A stretch of 64,000 nt of DNA. Source: Nitrosopumilaceae archaeon (GTDB taxonomy: Archaea; Thermoproteota; Nitrososphaeria; Nitrososphaerales; Nitrosopumilaceae). The stretch lies in NCBI GenBank assembly GCA_965209085.1, contig OZ242376.1, positions 1,536,001-1,600,000 of the forward strand, read 5' to 3'. Under the pieces are notes generated by a model. The model saw only the letters and a list, made by a program, of their open reading frames with translations, made no database searches and was not told the origin of the DNA. This document shows, piece by piece, positions 38,936 through 48,044 of the stretch (position 1 is its first letter; each line of letters begins with the position of its first letter). The position numbers were made by a program, and so were the translations under genes.

Positions 38936-40681
38936 TTGTGTTCTATAATAGGATATTACGGCAGCAAAAAGGCCGCACCGATAATGGTCTCAGGTTTGAG
39001 GCGTATGGAATACAGGGGATATGACAGCGTCGGCGTTGCCACCAAAGTTGAGAATGCATTACAGATTCGCAAAGGTGTTGGACGCGTAGATGAGGTAAAC
39101 AAGGCTGAAAATCTTGACGGGTTGGACGGAACTATTGGAATTGGACACACACGGTGGGCAACTCACGGCAAGGTGACCCGGGCCAACGCACACCCCCACG
39201 CAAGTAACACCTCTACTGTTGCAATAGTTCACAACGGAATAATTGAAAATTTTGAAGAATTAAAATCAAAGATGCAATCAGAGGGATTTACATTTGAGAG
39301 TGACACAGATACGGAAGTCATTGTAAATCTGCTACAGAAAAATTATGATTCATCCCCCGAAGATGCCATGATACGGACGATTGGCATGCTCAAAGGTCAC
39401 TATAGTTTTGTCGCCATGTTTGCAGACGGTACATTAGCTGCTGCAAGATATCACGAACCATTGATTGTCGGGATTGGTGCGGATTCATACCACATTGCAA
39501 GCGACGTGTTGGGATTTGTAGAGAAAACAGACGAGGCAGTATACGTGGAGAACGGACACTTTCTCACAATTGACTGCAAGGGTATGCACATGTACGATTT
39601 TACAGGAAAATCCGCACAAGTTGAAATAACAAAAATATCAAAAGAAATAGCTGATGTGACAAAGGGTGAATTTACCCATTATACGCTAAAAGAGATAACA
39701 GAACAGCCAGAAACTGTGCTAAAAGCTGCCTGCAAAGATGTGGATGTTATAGCAAAAACCATAACCGAGGCAGATTCTGTATACATAACCGGAAGCGGAA
39801 CAAGCTATAACGCATCACTTGTGGCCCAGTATATGATGTCAAGATACGCCAGAGTTAATGCCATTCCCGTAGTATCCAGCGAATTCCTCCATTCTCCTGT
39901 AAACATCGGATCTGATTCTGTTTTGATTGCAATATCACAAAGCGGTGAGAGTGCCGATGTCATAGCTGCAGCATCGGATGCAAAAAAACGGGGAGCGCGT
40001 ATCATAGCAATTCTCAACGCTCCAGAATCCACGCTTGCAAGAGAATCGGACATGGTAATAGACATCAAATGTGGTAGAGAAATTGGCGTGGCTGCCACCA
40101 AGAGTTTTACCTCGCAGCTTGTGGTAATTTACTCCATAGTGGACAGCATGTGCGGTGGAAAGCTTGGATTTGACGTAAATGGCGTATCTGCTGCAATATC
40201 AGAAATTCTAAAAGATGGCAATGCAATGTCAAAGCTTGCAGCCAAATTCAAAAATGTGGCAGATATTTACATACTAGGACGCGGCATACACTATCCGCTG
40301 GCCATGGAGGCGGCGTTAAAACTAAAGGAACTTGCATACATACATGCAGAAGGCATAGCAGGAGGGGAATTAAAGCACGGTCCGCTTGCATTAATTGACA
40401 GCAGTGTTTACGCCATTGTGATAAATCCATCAGACCCTACATATGATGATACACTCACCAGTGCGCGGGAAATCAAGGCTCGGGGAGCCCACATAATAGG
40501 AGTCTCAGATATTCAAAGCGATGTGTATGATTCATGGGTTAGGATACCAAAATCGCCAGACCATGCATATCCGATAACTGAGATAATCCCAATACAGCTG
40601 CTGTCATACTATTCGGCATTAAGCAGGGGTACTGATCCGGATTATCCGCGCAATTTGGCAAAGTCAGTTACTGTCAGATAA
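38936..40681 (+). CDS. glmS: Glutamine-fructose-6-phosphate transaminase
   Basis: N-terminal Cys, 'EYRGYDS', 'GHTRWATHG', 'SQSGE', 'PRNLAKSVTV'. Confidence 0.97.
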   Translation: MCSIIGYYGSKKAAPIMVSGLRRMEYRGYDSVGVATKVENALQIRKGVGRVDEVNKAENLDGLDGTIGIGHTRWATHGKVTRANAHPHASNTSTVAIVHNGIIENFEELKSKMQSEGFTFESDTDTEVIVNLLQKNYDSSPEDAMIRTIGMLKGHYSFVAMFADGTLAAARYHEPLIVGIGADSYHIASDVLGFVEKTDEAVYVENGHFLTIDCKGMHMYDFTGKSAQVEITKISKEIADVTKGEFTHYTLKEITEQPETVLKAACKDVDVIAKTITEADSVYITGSGTSYNASLVAQYMMSRYARVNAIPVVSSEFLHSPVNIGSDSVLIAISQSGESADVIAAASDAKKRGARIIAILNAPESTLARESDMVIDIKCGREIGVAATKSFTSQLVVIYSIVDSMCGGKLGFDVNGVSAAISEILKDGNAMSKLAAKFKNVADIYILGRGIHYPLAMEAALKLKELAYIHAEGIAGGELKHGPLALIDSSVYAIVINPSDPTYDDTLTSAREIKARGAHIIGVSDIQSDVYDSWVRIPKSPDHAYPITEIIPIQLLSYYSALSRGTDPDYPRNLAKSVTVR

Positions 40682-41734
40682 TATAGTACGGTTGTATTCA
40701 TTCTCCACTGCTAGCCGTACATTCTCAGAGGTGGCTCCAATCTTTAACATGCATGCTGCAACAGCTCCCCCAGCTCCGGCTCCCTCCTTTGCAAATCCCT
40801 GTGAATACGCGCGCAATCCGTCAATCTTTGAGGCTCCAAGACCCGGATCCGTTACTAGAATTGCAACATTACCTGCCTGCTGCACGGCAAAAACAAAATC
40901 AGCGGATTTATCATTATATACGTAGGAGGTTGTGGCAACTGCGACTTTTTCTTTATCATAACCAAGAGAATTGGCCAATGCAAGAACTGCGGCCATTTGG
41001 GTTCCGCCGGCAAGTATAACATGAGTCTTTTGGGTGGCAGCTGATAAAGCGCCTGCAAGAAACGGAAGCATCGGGTCGGCAAGCTCAGATGATATTGAAA
41101 CAGGATCGCGTAAAGTAACCCTGTTTTGTGCCGCAATAACCACGCTCTCTTTTAATTTTCCAGGATTTTCCGGCATGCTAGAGCTGGTGCGAGCTTTAAT
41201 TCCAAACGCCCGCAATACGGCAAGTGCCGTGGTGGTTCCGCCCGGAACGCTCTCTCCCAAAACAAGACAGTCTGTGAGTGCGCCAAGTGATTCGCCGATT
41301 TGCCTGCCATACTCTATGGCTTTTTTTGCCTCATCAATTCCCATGCCCGGTCCGTCCCGGATGTTTTTTCCCGGAAGCAAACCCGTATGCATGTACGGCA
41401 TTTTTGGACTGTGTGCACTTCCTGCATCGATGATTATGTGCGGTATGTTTGCCATTTGCAGTGCGGCTCTAGTAATCAGGGCAGGAGTTGGTTTGCCGTC
41501 AGGAGTTGCAGGAATTTCATCTATGGATTTACATTTGCCGTACCGGAGAAATTCAGCATCTGCTGCAGGAGTGTATTTTGCCAGATCCGGTGTGGCGCCT
41601 GCCACGGTTATTCCAGGTATGGTGCACGTTTCCGTATGCGATATGGTTAATGCAAAAAGAAATTTTTTACCCCGTACTGATTCTATGAATAATTTACATG
41701 CGTTATCATTCCCGCATATTTGCAGTCCGTCCAT
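40664..41734 (-). CDS. cobT: Nicotinate-nucleotide:base phosphoribosyltransferase (archaeal CobT)
   Basis: 'IPGITVAG', 'PTPALITRA', 'GESVPGGTTTA', 'AGGTQM', 'KEGAGAGG'. Confidence 0.9.
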   Translation of the reverse strand: MDGLQICGNDNACKLFIESVRGKKFLFALTISHTETCTIPGITVAGATPDLAKYTPAADAEFLRYGKCKSIDEIPATPDGKPTPALITRAALQMANIPHIIIDAGSAHSPKMPYMHTGLLPGKNIRDGPGMGIDEAKKAIEYGRQIGESLGALTDCLVLGESVPGGTTTALAVLRAFGIKARTSSSMPENPGKLKESVVIAAQNRVTLRDPVSISSELADPMLPFLAGALSAATQKTHVILAGGTQMAAVLALANSLGYDKEKVAVATTSYVYNDKSADFVFAVQQAGNVAILVTDPGLGASKIDGLRAYSQGFAKEGAGAGGAVAACMLKIGATSENVRLAVENEYNRTILSDSN

Positions 41735-41738
41735 ACGC

Positions 41739-42350
41739 TTACTGTCCCATCAGGGTTATAAAATCCGCCTTTGGAATTTTACGCATTACAGGGTTTGTTC
41801 TCTTTTGATCGCCTATTGTAGAGATTTTCTCAGAGCCATAATCGTGCCCAGGATACATGATCAGTTGCTCATCTAGCCCGTATAGAACCTCAAATATGCT
41901 ATCGTATATCTCCGAGGCGCTGCCCCCCTCCAAATCAATTCTCCCACAGCTGCCTACAAAGAGCGTATCACCTGAGAATATCTTGCCATCTCCAACAAGG
42001 CATATGCTGTCTTTTGAATGCCCCGGCGTGTGTAAAACTTGCAAACTGCTGTTGCCAAATTTTATCTCCTCACCATCGGATACGGATATTTCATGTGACA
42101 TCTGTGATGCCTCATGCTGGACTATTTGCGCTCCTGTATCTTTTGAGAGCTGCTCATTACCGGTCGTATGATCAAAGTGATGGTGCGTATTTACTATGTA
42201 GATGGGTTTGAGGGATTTACTATTTATTACATCCATTATCTTATCCAAATCCCAGGACGGGTCTATGATTATGCATTTGAGCGTTTCCTCATCGTATACG
42301 ACATATGTAAAATTCTGCATCTGTCCCACCGGTATCTGATGTATGATCAT
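41739..42350 (-). CDS. Metallo-beta-lactamase-fold hydrolase (glyoxalase II-like)
   Basis: THHHFDH, HTPGH, SGDTLF and PGHDY motifs. Confidence 0.92.
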   Translation of the reverse strand: MIIHQIPVGQMQNFTYVVYDEETLKCIIIDPSWDLDKIMDVINSKSLKPIYIVNTHHHFDHTTGNEQLSKDTGAQIVQHEASQMSHEISVSDGEEIKFGNSSLQVLHTPGHSKDSICLVGDGKIFSGDTLFVGSCGRIDLEGGSASEIYDSIFEVLYGLDEQLIMYPGHDYGSEKISTIGDQKRTNPVMRKIPKADFITLMGQ

Positions 42351-42994
42351 GATAAGATTCCTTTTTCCGCTTCCGGAGGTATGCCGATTTTTTCAACATG
42401 TATTATTCCGCATAAATCTTTGCGTTCGGCCATGCCAATTTTTAATTTATGAAACGTAACTGTCATGTCAGCCTTTACTACCGCATCGGATTCTTTTCCA
42501 GTATCAGGATCAAGTCCGGAAGGCACATCGATTGCAAGTTTTAGTGCATTGGATGCATTTACCGCAGATATTGCAGAATGATAAGGCTCACGTATTTTAC
42601 CTGATATTCCCGTTCCAAGTATGCCATCTATAACAATATTCTCTCCGGAATTTTTTATCTCACCGTTAGGTAACAGCTGCACTGATGGCATCTTTGTAAG
42701 CAGATTCCAATTCCATCTGCTCTCATCGGTTTTTATTTTTCCAGGATCACCGAGCAGGATAATACGGGGTTTTGCACCGTATCCGGCAAGATGTCGTGCT
42801 GCCACCATGGCATCTCCGCCATTGTTTCCAAGTCCAGCATACACTAGAACTTGGCTAGATGAGACATCCCCAAATTTCTCAACAAGTCTTTTCACTGCAG
42901 CAGCTCCGGCATTCTCCATCATGAATTTTTTTAAAAAACCCATATCATGACCCTTGTTCTCTATGGCCATCATCTGTTTTACGCTGATCCTCAT
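42347..42994 (-). CDS. nnrE: NAD(P)H-hydrate epimerase
   Basis: 'MMENAG', 'GNNGGD', 'DGILGTG', 'DVPSG'. Confidence 0.93.
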   Translation of the reverse strand: MRISVKQMMAIENKGHDMGFLKKFMMENAGAAAVKRLVEKFGDVSSSQVLVYAGLGNNGGDAMVAARHLAGYGAKPRIILLGDPGKIKTDESRWNWNLLTKMPSVQLLPNGEIKNSGENIVIDGILGTGISGKIREPYHSAISAVNASNALKLAIDVPSGLDPDTGKESDAVVKADMTVTFHKLKIGMAERKDLCGIIHVEKIGIPPEAEKGILS

Positions 42995-43087
42995 ACCTAG
43001 GAGTGATTTTATACATAAAATAAGTGGTTTGAAGAGTACCTATCAAAAATCCATTAGACTATATAGACAAATTTTTGTCTATATATT

Positions 43088-44122
43088 ATGGAAGAGCAGG
43101 AAGAGGCGCGAAAGATCCAATTTACCGGCAATTCATCATACATTGTATCCCTGCCAAAAAGCTGGGTAACCGAGATGGGTCTAAAGCGAGGCGATCAGGT
43201 TAGAATGTACCGTCAGGGAACAAACGAGATTCTTGTATCACCACAAAAGCTTCGCATGCACAAAATGACAAATGACGAAGCGGTTATAGAAATTGGCGCA
43301 AATGAAAATGTTGATGCAGTAACGCGTAAAATAATCTCACTGTATTTTATGGGATTTAACACCATTGCGATAAAACCAAAGGAGGGCAGACTGGCAAGCT
43401 CACAAAGAGCGGCCGTAAAAGACGTTACAAAGAGGCTTTTAATGGGTGTGGAGATAATATCGGATTCAAGCTCTGGCATTACACTGCAGGTTCTTGTAAG
43501 TCTAGTAGAGCTTAGTGTGGACGGGGCGTTTAAAAGAATGATACATTTGGCAAAGACGATGCTCTCTGATGCAATAATTGCGGCAAGCGAGGGAAATATT
43601 GATCTTGCAAAAGAAGTGATACAGGCAGACGATGAAGTTGACAGATTTGGGTTTTACATTATACGGCAGATAGAGATTGCCGTACGCAACAAACACATGT
43701 TAAAGGAAATAGGTTTTTCAAATCTGCGCAGCTGTCTTGGATACAGAATCGTGGTGAAAAATATTGAAAGAACCGGAGATCAGGCAGCAATCATTGCAAA
43801 GGATGTTATTGAAATGAAAAAAAGTTTGAAAAAATCCCTGCACAAGGACATCAATAAAATGAGCGATTTTGCCGCAGAATTAATAGATGATGCGTGCCTT
43901 GCCATGTTCAAAGACGACTATGTTCAGGCAGAAAAAATTGTAACAAAATCTTCAAGTATTTCAACATATGAGGATGTGCTCCCAAAGACGCTTGATTCAG
44001 CGGACAAGGACGCATATCAGGCAAGACGTATTGCAGGCAATTTACGCCGTATAGCAGAATATGCAAGCGATATAGCTGAAATTGTGCTAAATATGACAGT
44101 TGAGAAGACGCTGAAAAACTAG
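43088..44122 (+). CDS. Phosphate uptake regulator (AbrB-type DNA-binding domain plus two PhoU domains)
   Basis: 'RKIQFTGNSSYIVSLPKSW', 'DDEVDR', 'IERTGD', 'LRRIAEYA'. Confidence 0.92.
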   Translation: MEEQEEARKIQFTGNSSYIVSLPKSWVTEMGLKRGDQVRMYRQGTNEILVSPQKLRMHKMTNDEAVIEIGANENVDAVTRKIISLYFMGFNTIAIKPKEGRLASSQRAAVKDVTKRLLMGVEIISDSSSGITLQVLVSLVELSVDGAFKRMIHLAKTMLSDAIIAASEGNIDLAKEVIQADDEVDRFGFYIIRQIEIAVRNKHMLKEIGFSNLRSCLGYRIVVKNIERTGDQAAIIAKDVIEMKKSLKKSLHKDINKMSDFAAELIDDACLAMFKDDYVQAEKIVTKSSSISTYEDVLPKTLDSADKDAYQARRIAGNLRRIAEYASDIAEIVLNMTVEKTLKN

Positions 44123-44155
44123 TCAATTTTTAACCCACCGTATGATACAGCCTGC

Positions 44156-45247
44156 ATGGATAAAGCCATACTAGTAGCGCACATGTTGGATGATTCAGTG
44201 AATGAGGCGTTAGAGCTGTGCAGATCAGCAGAATACAAAGTGGTACACGTTATGCGGCAAAAATACATGGACAGGCCCAAATTCGGCATAGGCACAGGGG
44301 CACTGGAGAAACTTGAAGAGATGGCCAAAAAGGTGAATCCGGACGTTATCATATATGATGAGAACTTGAGACCAAGTCAAAATTACAACCTTGCATCACA
44401 CCTGCACCGCAACATACTCGACAGAGAAGCGCTCATACTGGAAATATTTGAGTCTAGAGCATCAAGTGCTGAATCAAAGTTGCAGGTAAAACTTGCCCAG
44501 ATGCGGTACGAGATGTCTCGTGCAAGAGAAAAAGTAAAACTTGCAAGAATGGGCGAGCAGCCAGGATTTATGGGAATAGGCAAGTTTGAAGTTGACACGT
44601 ATTACAATGACATACGCCACAGAATGAACGCTGTGAAATTAAAACTTGAAAAATCCCACCGGCAGCGCGAGCTTCACAGAAGTAGCAGACAGCGGTTGGG
44701 ATGGAAGATTGTATCGCTGGCAGGATACACGTCGGCAGGTAAAACCACTCTCTTTAATGTACTAACAGGGGAGCATAAAGAACAAGATTCCAAACTATTC
44801 ACCACTCTAACCACAACCACCCGCAAAGCTAAACTTGGAGGCGAAATGGTTCTTGTTTCAGATACGGTAGGTTTTATCAGCAGACTTCCCGCGTATATGA
44901 TCAAGGCGTTTCATTCTACTTTGGAAGAGATGGTATACGCTGATGTCATATTGCTTGTGGTGGATTTTAGCGAAGAACTTGATGTAATGCTTAGAAAATT
45001 CAAAAGCTGTCAGATGGCACTTGATGAGATTGGTGTGAAAAAGGAAAAAATCATTACCGTTTTTAACAAAAATGACCTTTCACAGGTCCCGATAAATTAT
45101 ACGCTAAAGGCATTTGGCATGGACGAGGAGAACAAATGGGTTAAAATTTCTGCAAAGACTGGAAATAATTGCAAGCGTCTTGAGAACATGATTGCAAAAA
45201 TTATGCGTGATTCAAAAAAACCCTCGGAGTCTAAAAGTTGGCAATAG
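44156..45247 (+). CDS. hflX: GTPase HflX
   Basis: 'ILEIF', 'GYTSAGKTT', 'LFTTL', 'DTVGFI', 'NKND'. Confidence 0.95.
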   Translation: MDKAILVAHMLDDSVNEALELCRSAEYKVVHVMRQKYMDRPKFGIGTGALEKLEEMAKKVNPDVIIYDENLRPSQNYNLASHLHRNILDREALILEIFESRASSAESKLQVKLAQMRYEMSRAREKVKLARMGEQPGFMGIGKFEVDTYYNDIRHRMNAVKLKLEKSHRQRELHRSSRQRLGWKIVSLAGYTSAGKTTLFNVLTGEHKEQDSKLFTTLTTTTRKAKLGGEMVLVSDTVGFISRLPAYMIKAFHSTLEEMVYADVILLVVDFSEELDVMLRKFKSCQMALDEIGVKKEKIITVFNKNDLSQVPINYTLKAFGMDEENKWVKISAKTGNNCKRLENMIAKIMRDSKKPSESKSWQ

Positions 45248-45777
45248 AGGTTTTACGCATAGGCGAGAGGGTGGTACGCGATGACAGGGCCACTACGCAT
45301 GCAGCATTGGTGGCACGCGCTTTTGGAGCCTCGTGCATATACATGAGCGGCATAGGATCCGGCATCGAGGAGAGCATACGAAAAGTCAACGAGAGATGGG
45401 GAAGCGGTTTTACAGTAGAGGTTACGGAAAGCTGGAAAAAAACCGCAAATGCAAAGAAAAAAGCCGGATTCAAGATCGTACATTTGACAATGTACGGTGA
45501 AAGCGTGGATGAGGTTGCGCTAGAAATTAAAAAACATGCAGACATGTTGGTGGTAATTGGCGCTGAAAAGGTACCAAGGGACGTATATGATATTGCAGAT
45601 TACAACGTGGCAGTGGGCAACCAACCGCATTCGGAGATTAGCGCCCTTGCCATACTGCTTGACAGACTGGGAAGTGGATTTTCAGGCAAACTGCCCGGAG
45701 CCCAAATGAGAATTGTGCCGCAAAAAAGGGGCAAATTGGTGGTAAAAGGCGATGCTGAAAAATCGGCAAACTGTTAA
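45238..45777 (+). CDS. tRNA (cytidine(56)-2'-O)-methyltransferase aTrm56
   Basis: 'RDDRATTH..LVARAFGA', 'HLTMYG', 'GAEKVP', 'NQPHSE'. Confidence 0.95.
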   Translation: MAIEVLRIGERVVRDDRATTHAALVARAFGASCIYMSGIGSGIEESIRKVNERWGSGFTVEVTESWKKTANAKKKAGFKIVHLTMYGESVDEVALEIKKHADMLVVIGAEKVPRDVYDIADYNVAVGNQPHSEISALAILLDRLGSGFSGKLPGAQMRIVPQKRGKLVVKGDAEKSANC

Positions 45778-45801
45778 TAATAATCCCATTAAAGCGCATA
45801 C

Positions 45802-46317
45802 ATGGTAGAAAAATACGAGGATCCGTTTGTAAGGATAGCCTCGATGATCGGCGGCGACGAATATCTAAAGATAGCCCGCTCTTTGCTAAAAGTAGAAGAT
45901 GCAACAGATGAAGAGATCGCCAGCTCTACTGGACTGCGAATAAATTTGGTGCGAAAAATTCTCTACGATCTGTTCGGCAAGTCACTCATTACCGGAATAC
46001 GTGTAAAGGATGAACGTAAAGGCTGGTTTGTATACAGATGGCGTTCAAGACGAGACGAGGTGGAAAATTATATTGAGAATCAAAAGAAAAAGATTACCAT
46101 GCGTTTGCAGCAGAGACTAGATTATGAAAATTCCTCTGAATTTTACCACTGCGGAAATAATGACTGTGATAGGGTCACATTTGAAAACGCCCTTGATGGC
46201 ATGTTCAAATGTCCTTCATGCGGCATGGTTCTTAATCTAAAAAAGAATGAAAGATCAAAGAGTGCGTTTGCCAGAAAAATTGACTTTATACGAGAAGATA
46301 TGCAACAAAAAATCTGA
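45802..46317 (+). CDS. tfe: Transcription factor E (TFE)
   Basis: 'TDEEIA', 'VRKILYDL', 'GWFVYRW', Zn ribbon ending 'FKCPSCG'. Confidence 0.95.
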   Translation: MVEKYEDPFVRIASMIGGDEYLKIARSLLKVEDATDEEIASSTGLRINLVRKILYDLFGKSLITGIRVKDERKGWFVYRWRSRRDEVENYIENQKKKITMRLQQRLDYENSSEFYHCGNNDCDRVTFENALDGMFKCPSCGMVLNLKKNERSKSAFARKIDFIREDMQQKI

Positions 46318-46398
46318 ATGTATACGGCCGTTCATTTTCCATGTCAGCATTATTTTGTTTTAGAAAACCTGTACAGCGGATTGAATTTAACCTAGACG

Positions 46399-46406
46399 TT
46401 TAAATA
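46399..46406 (+). promoter_or_regulatory. Putative archaeal TATA box for the micro-protein/methyltransferase pair
   Basis: TTTAAATA about 30 nt upstream of the ATG at 46436. Confidence 0.45.
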
Positions 46407-46435
46407 TAGTTTTGAAATCGATTTAATAGTTGAAT

Positions 46436-46633
46436 ATGAATAAAGTATCAAGAATTATTTTAGTATTACCAGTGTTGTTTTTTTCAGGTCTGTTTGTTTC
46501 TGATGCGCATGCATACATTGATCCTGGTGCCGGCAGCGCTGCAATACAAATTTTGATTGGCGCTCTGGCCGGACTTGCAATAACTTTAAAGCTGTACTGG
46601 TACAAAATAAGAGAAAAACTCAGAAAGAAGTAA
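46436..46633 (+). CDS. Small membrane protein: signal peptide, YIDPGAGS motif, TM helix, basic tail
   Basis: AHA-Y signal-peptidase-like site; the next gene starts 1 nt after the stop. Confidence 0.8.
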   Translation: MNKVSRIILVLPVLFFSGLFVSDAHAYIDPGAGSAAIQILIGALAGLAITLKLYWYKIREKLRKK

Positions 46634-46634
46634 A

Positions 46635-48014
46635 TTGACAACTTATAATAAAGAATCTAGTTCGTTTCGGGATCCTAGTGGGTTTATTTTTTACGATTCA
46701 GACGTATTATACCGGCAGATCAACAAATCATACAAAGATGATTATGATCATTTGATGAATTCAGGATTGTATGAAAAGCTGACAGAACTGAATCATCTTT
46801 TGCCTCACGAAGAGACGGATAAAACACCGTATGATGATAATGCATACAAGATAATAAAACCAGAAAAAATACCATTCATTTCATATCCATACGAATGGTC
46901 ATTTACGCAATTAAAACAGGCTGCACTTGTCACTTTGGAAATTCAAAAAATTGCCATGTCGCATGATATGGTATTAAAAGACTGCAGCGCATACAATATA
47001 CAATTCAAAGGATGCAAGCCGTGCTTGATTGATACACTATCTTTTGAAAGATACAAGGAGGGGCAAATATGGCAAGCATACAGACAATTTTGTCAGCATT
47101 TTATGGCACCATTGGCACTGATGTCTCATAAAGATGTGAGATTAAACCAGTTATTGAGGACATACATTGACGGCATTCCACTTGATTTGGCAAGTACTTT
47201 GCTGCCAGGTAAGACACGCGCCATGTTTTCAATTCTCACACATATTCACGCACATGCAAAAAGTCAAAAAAAATACGAAACAAAACAGGAAAATTTCAAG
47301 GAGAGAAAGATGGGCAAGAGATCGTTGGAGGGAATTGTTGAAAGCCTTCGTTCAGGAGTATCCAAGATGAAATGGAAGCTAGCAGATACTGAATGGGGGA
47401 ATTATTATTCGGACACCAACTATACAGAAGAATCTTTTACACATAAAAAACAGATAATTGAAAAACGTATTTTGGAGATCAAGCCCCACATAGTATGGGA
47501 TTTGGGTGCAAATACCGGCGTGTTTAGCCGTCTTGCTAGTGGGCAGGGATTTTCAACTATATCCTTTGATATTGATCCGGTGGCGGTGGAAAAAAACTAT
47601 CTAGACTGCATGAAAAATGATGAAAAAAATCTTTTACCGCTAGTAATGGATCTGACCAATCCAAGTCCGTATTTGGGGTGGGAAAATGATGAACGGGTGT
47701 CATTCATGAAAAGAAGTCCGGCGGATTTGGCAATGGCTCTAGCCCTCATACATCATCTTGCCATTTCAAATAATCTTCCATTTGATAAAATTGCACGATT
47801 TTTTCAAAAAATTTGCAAATCATTAATCATAGAATTTGTTCCAAAAGAAGATTCACAGGTACAGAGACTTTTATCAACCAGAGAGGACATATTTGACAAT
47901 TATAACAAGAGTAGTTTCGAGTCCACATTCAAAGAATATTTTGAAATTGTCGAATCAGTAGCAGTAAAGAATTCAGAAAGATACATGTATTATATGACAA
48001 ACAGACTCAAATGA
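46635..48014 (+). CDS. NoeA-like protein: kinase-like N-terminal domain plus class I SAM methyltransferase
   Basis: 'SFRDPSG', 'ISYPYEW', 'LKDCSAYNIQF', 'IDTLSFE'; 'VWDLGANTG', 'LALIHHL'. Confidence 0.82.
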   Translation: MTTYNKESSSFRDPSGFIFYDSDVLYRQINKSYKDDYDHLMNSGLYEKLTELNHLLPHEETDKTPYDDNAYKIIKPEKIPFISYPYEWSFTQLKQAALVTLEIQKIAMSHDMVLKDCSAYNIQFKGCKPCLIDTLSFERYKEGQIWQAYRQFCQHFMAPLALMSHKDVRLNQLLRTYIDGIPLDLASTLLPGKTRAMFSILTHIHAHAKSQKKYETKQENFKERKMGKRSLEGIVESLRSGVSKMKWKLADTEWGNYYSDTNYTEESFTHKKQIIEKRILEIKPHIVWDLGANTGVFSRLASGQGFSTISFDIDPVAVEKNYLDCMKNDEKNLLPLVMDLTNPSPYLGWENDERVSFMKRSPADLAMALALIHHLAISNNLPFDKIARFFQKICKSLIIEFVPKEDSQVQRLLSTREDIFDNYNKSSFESTFKEYFEIVESVAVKNSERYMYYMTNRLK

Positions 48015-48044
48015 TGTATGCTGTTAGTGCAAGATCATTATAGA

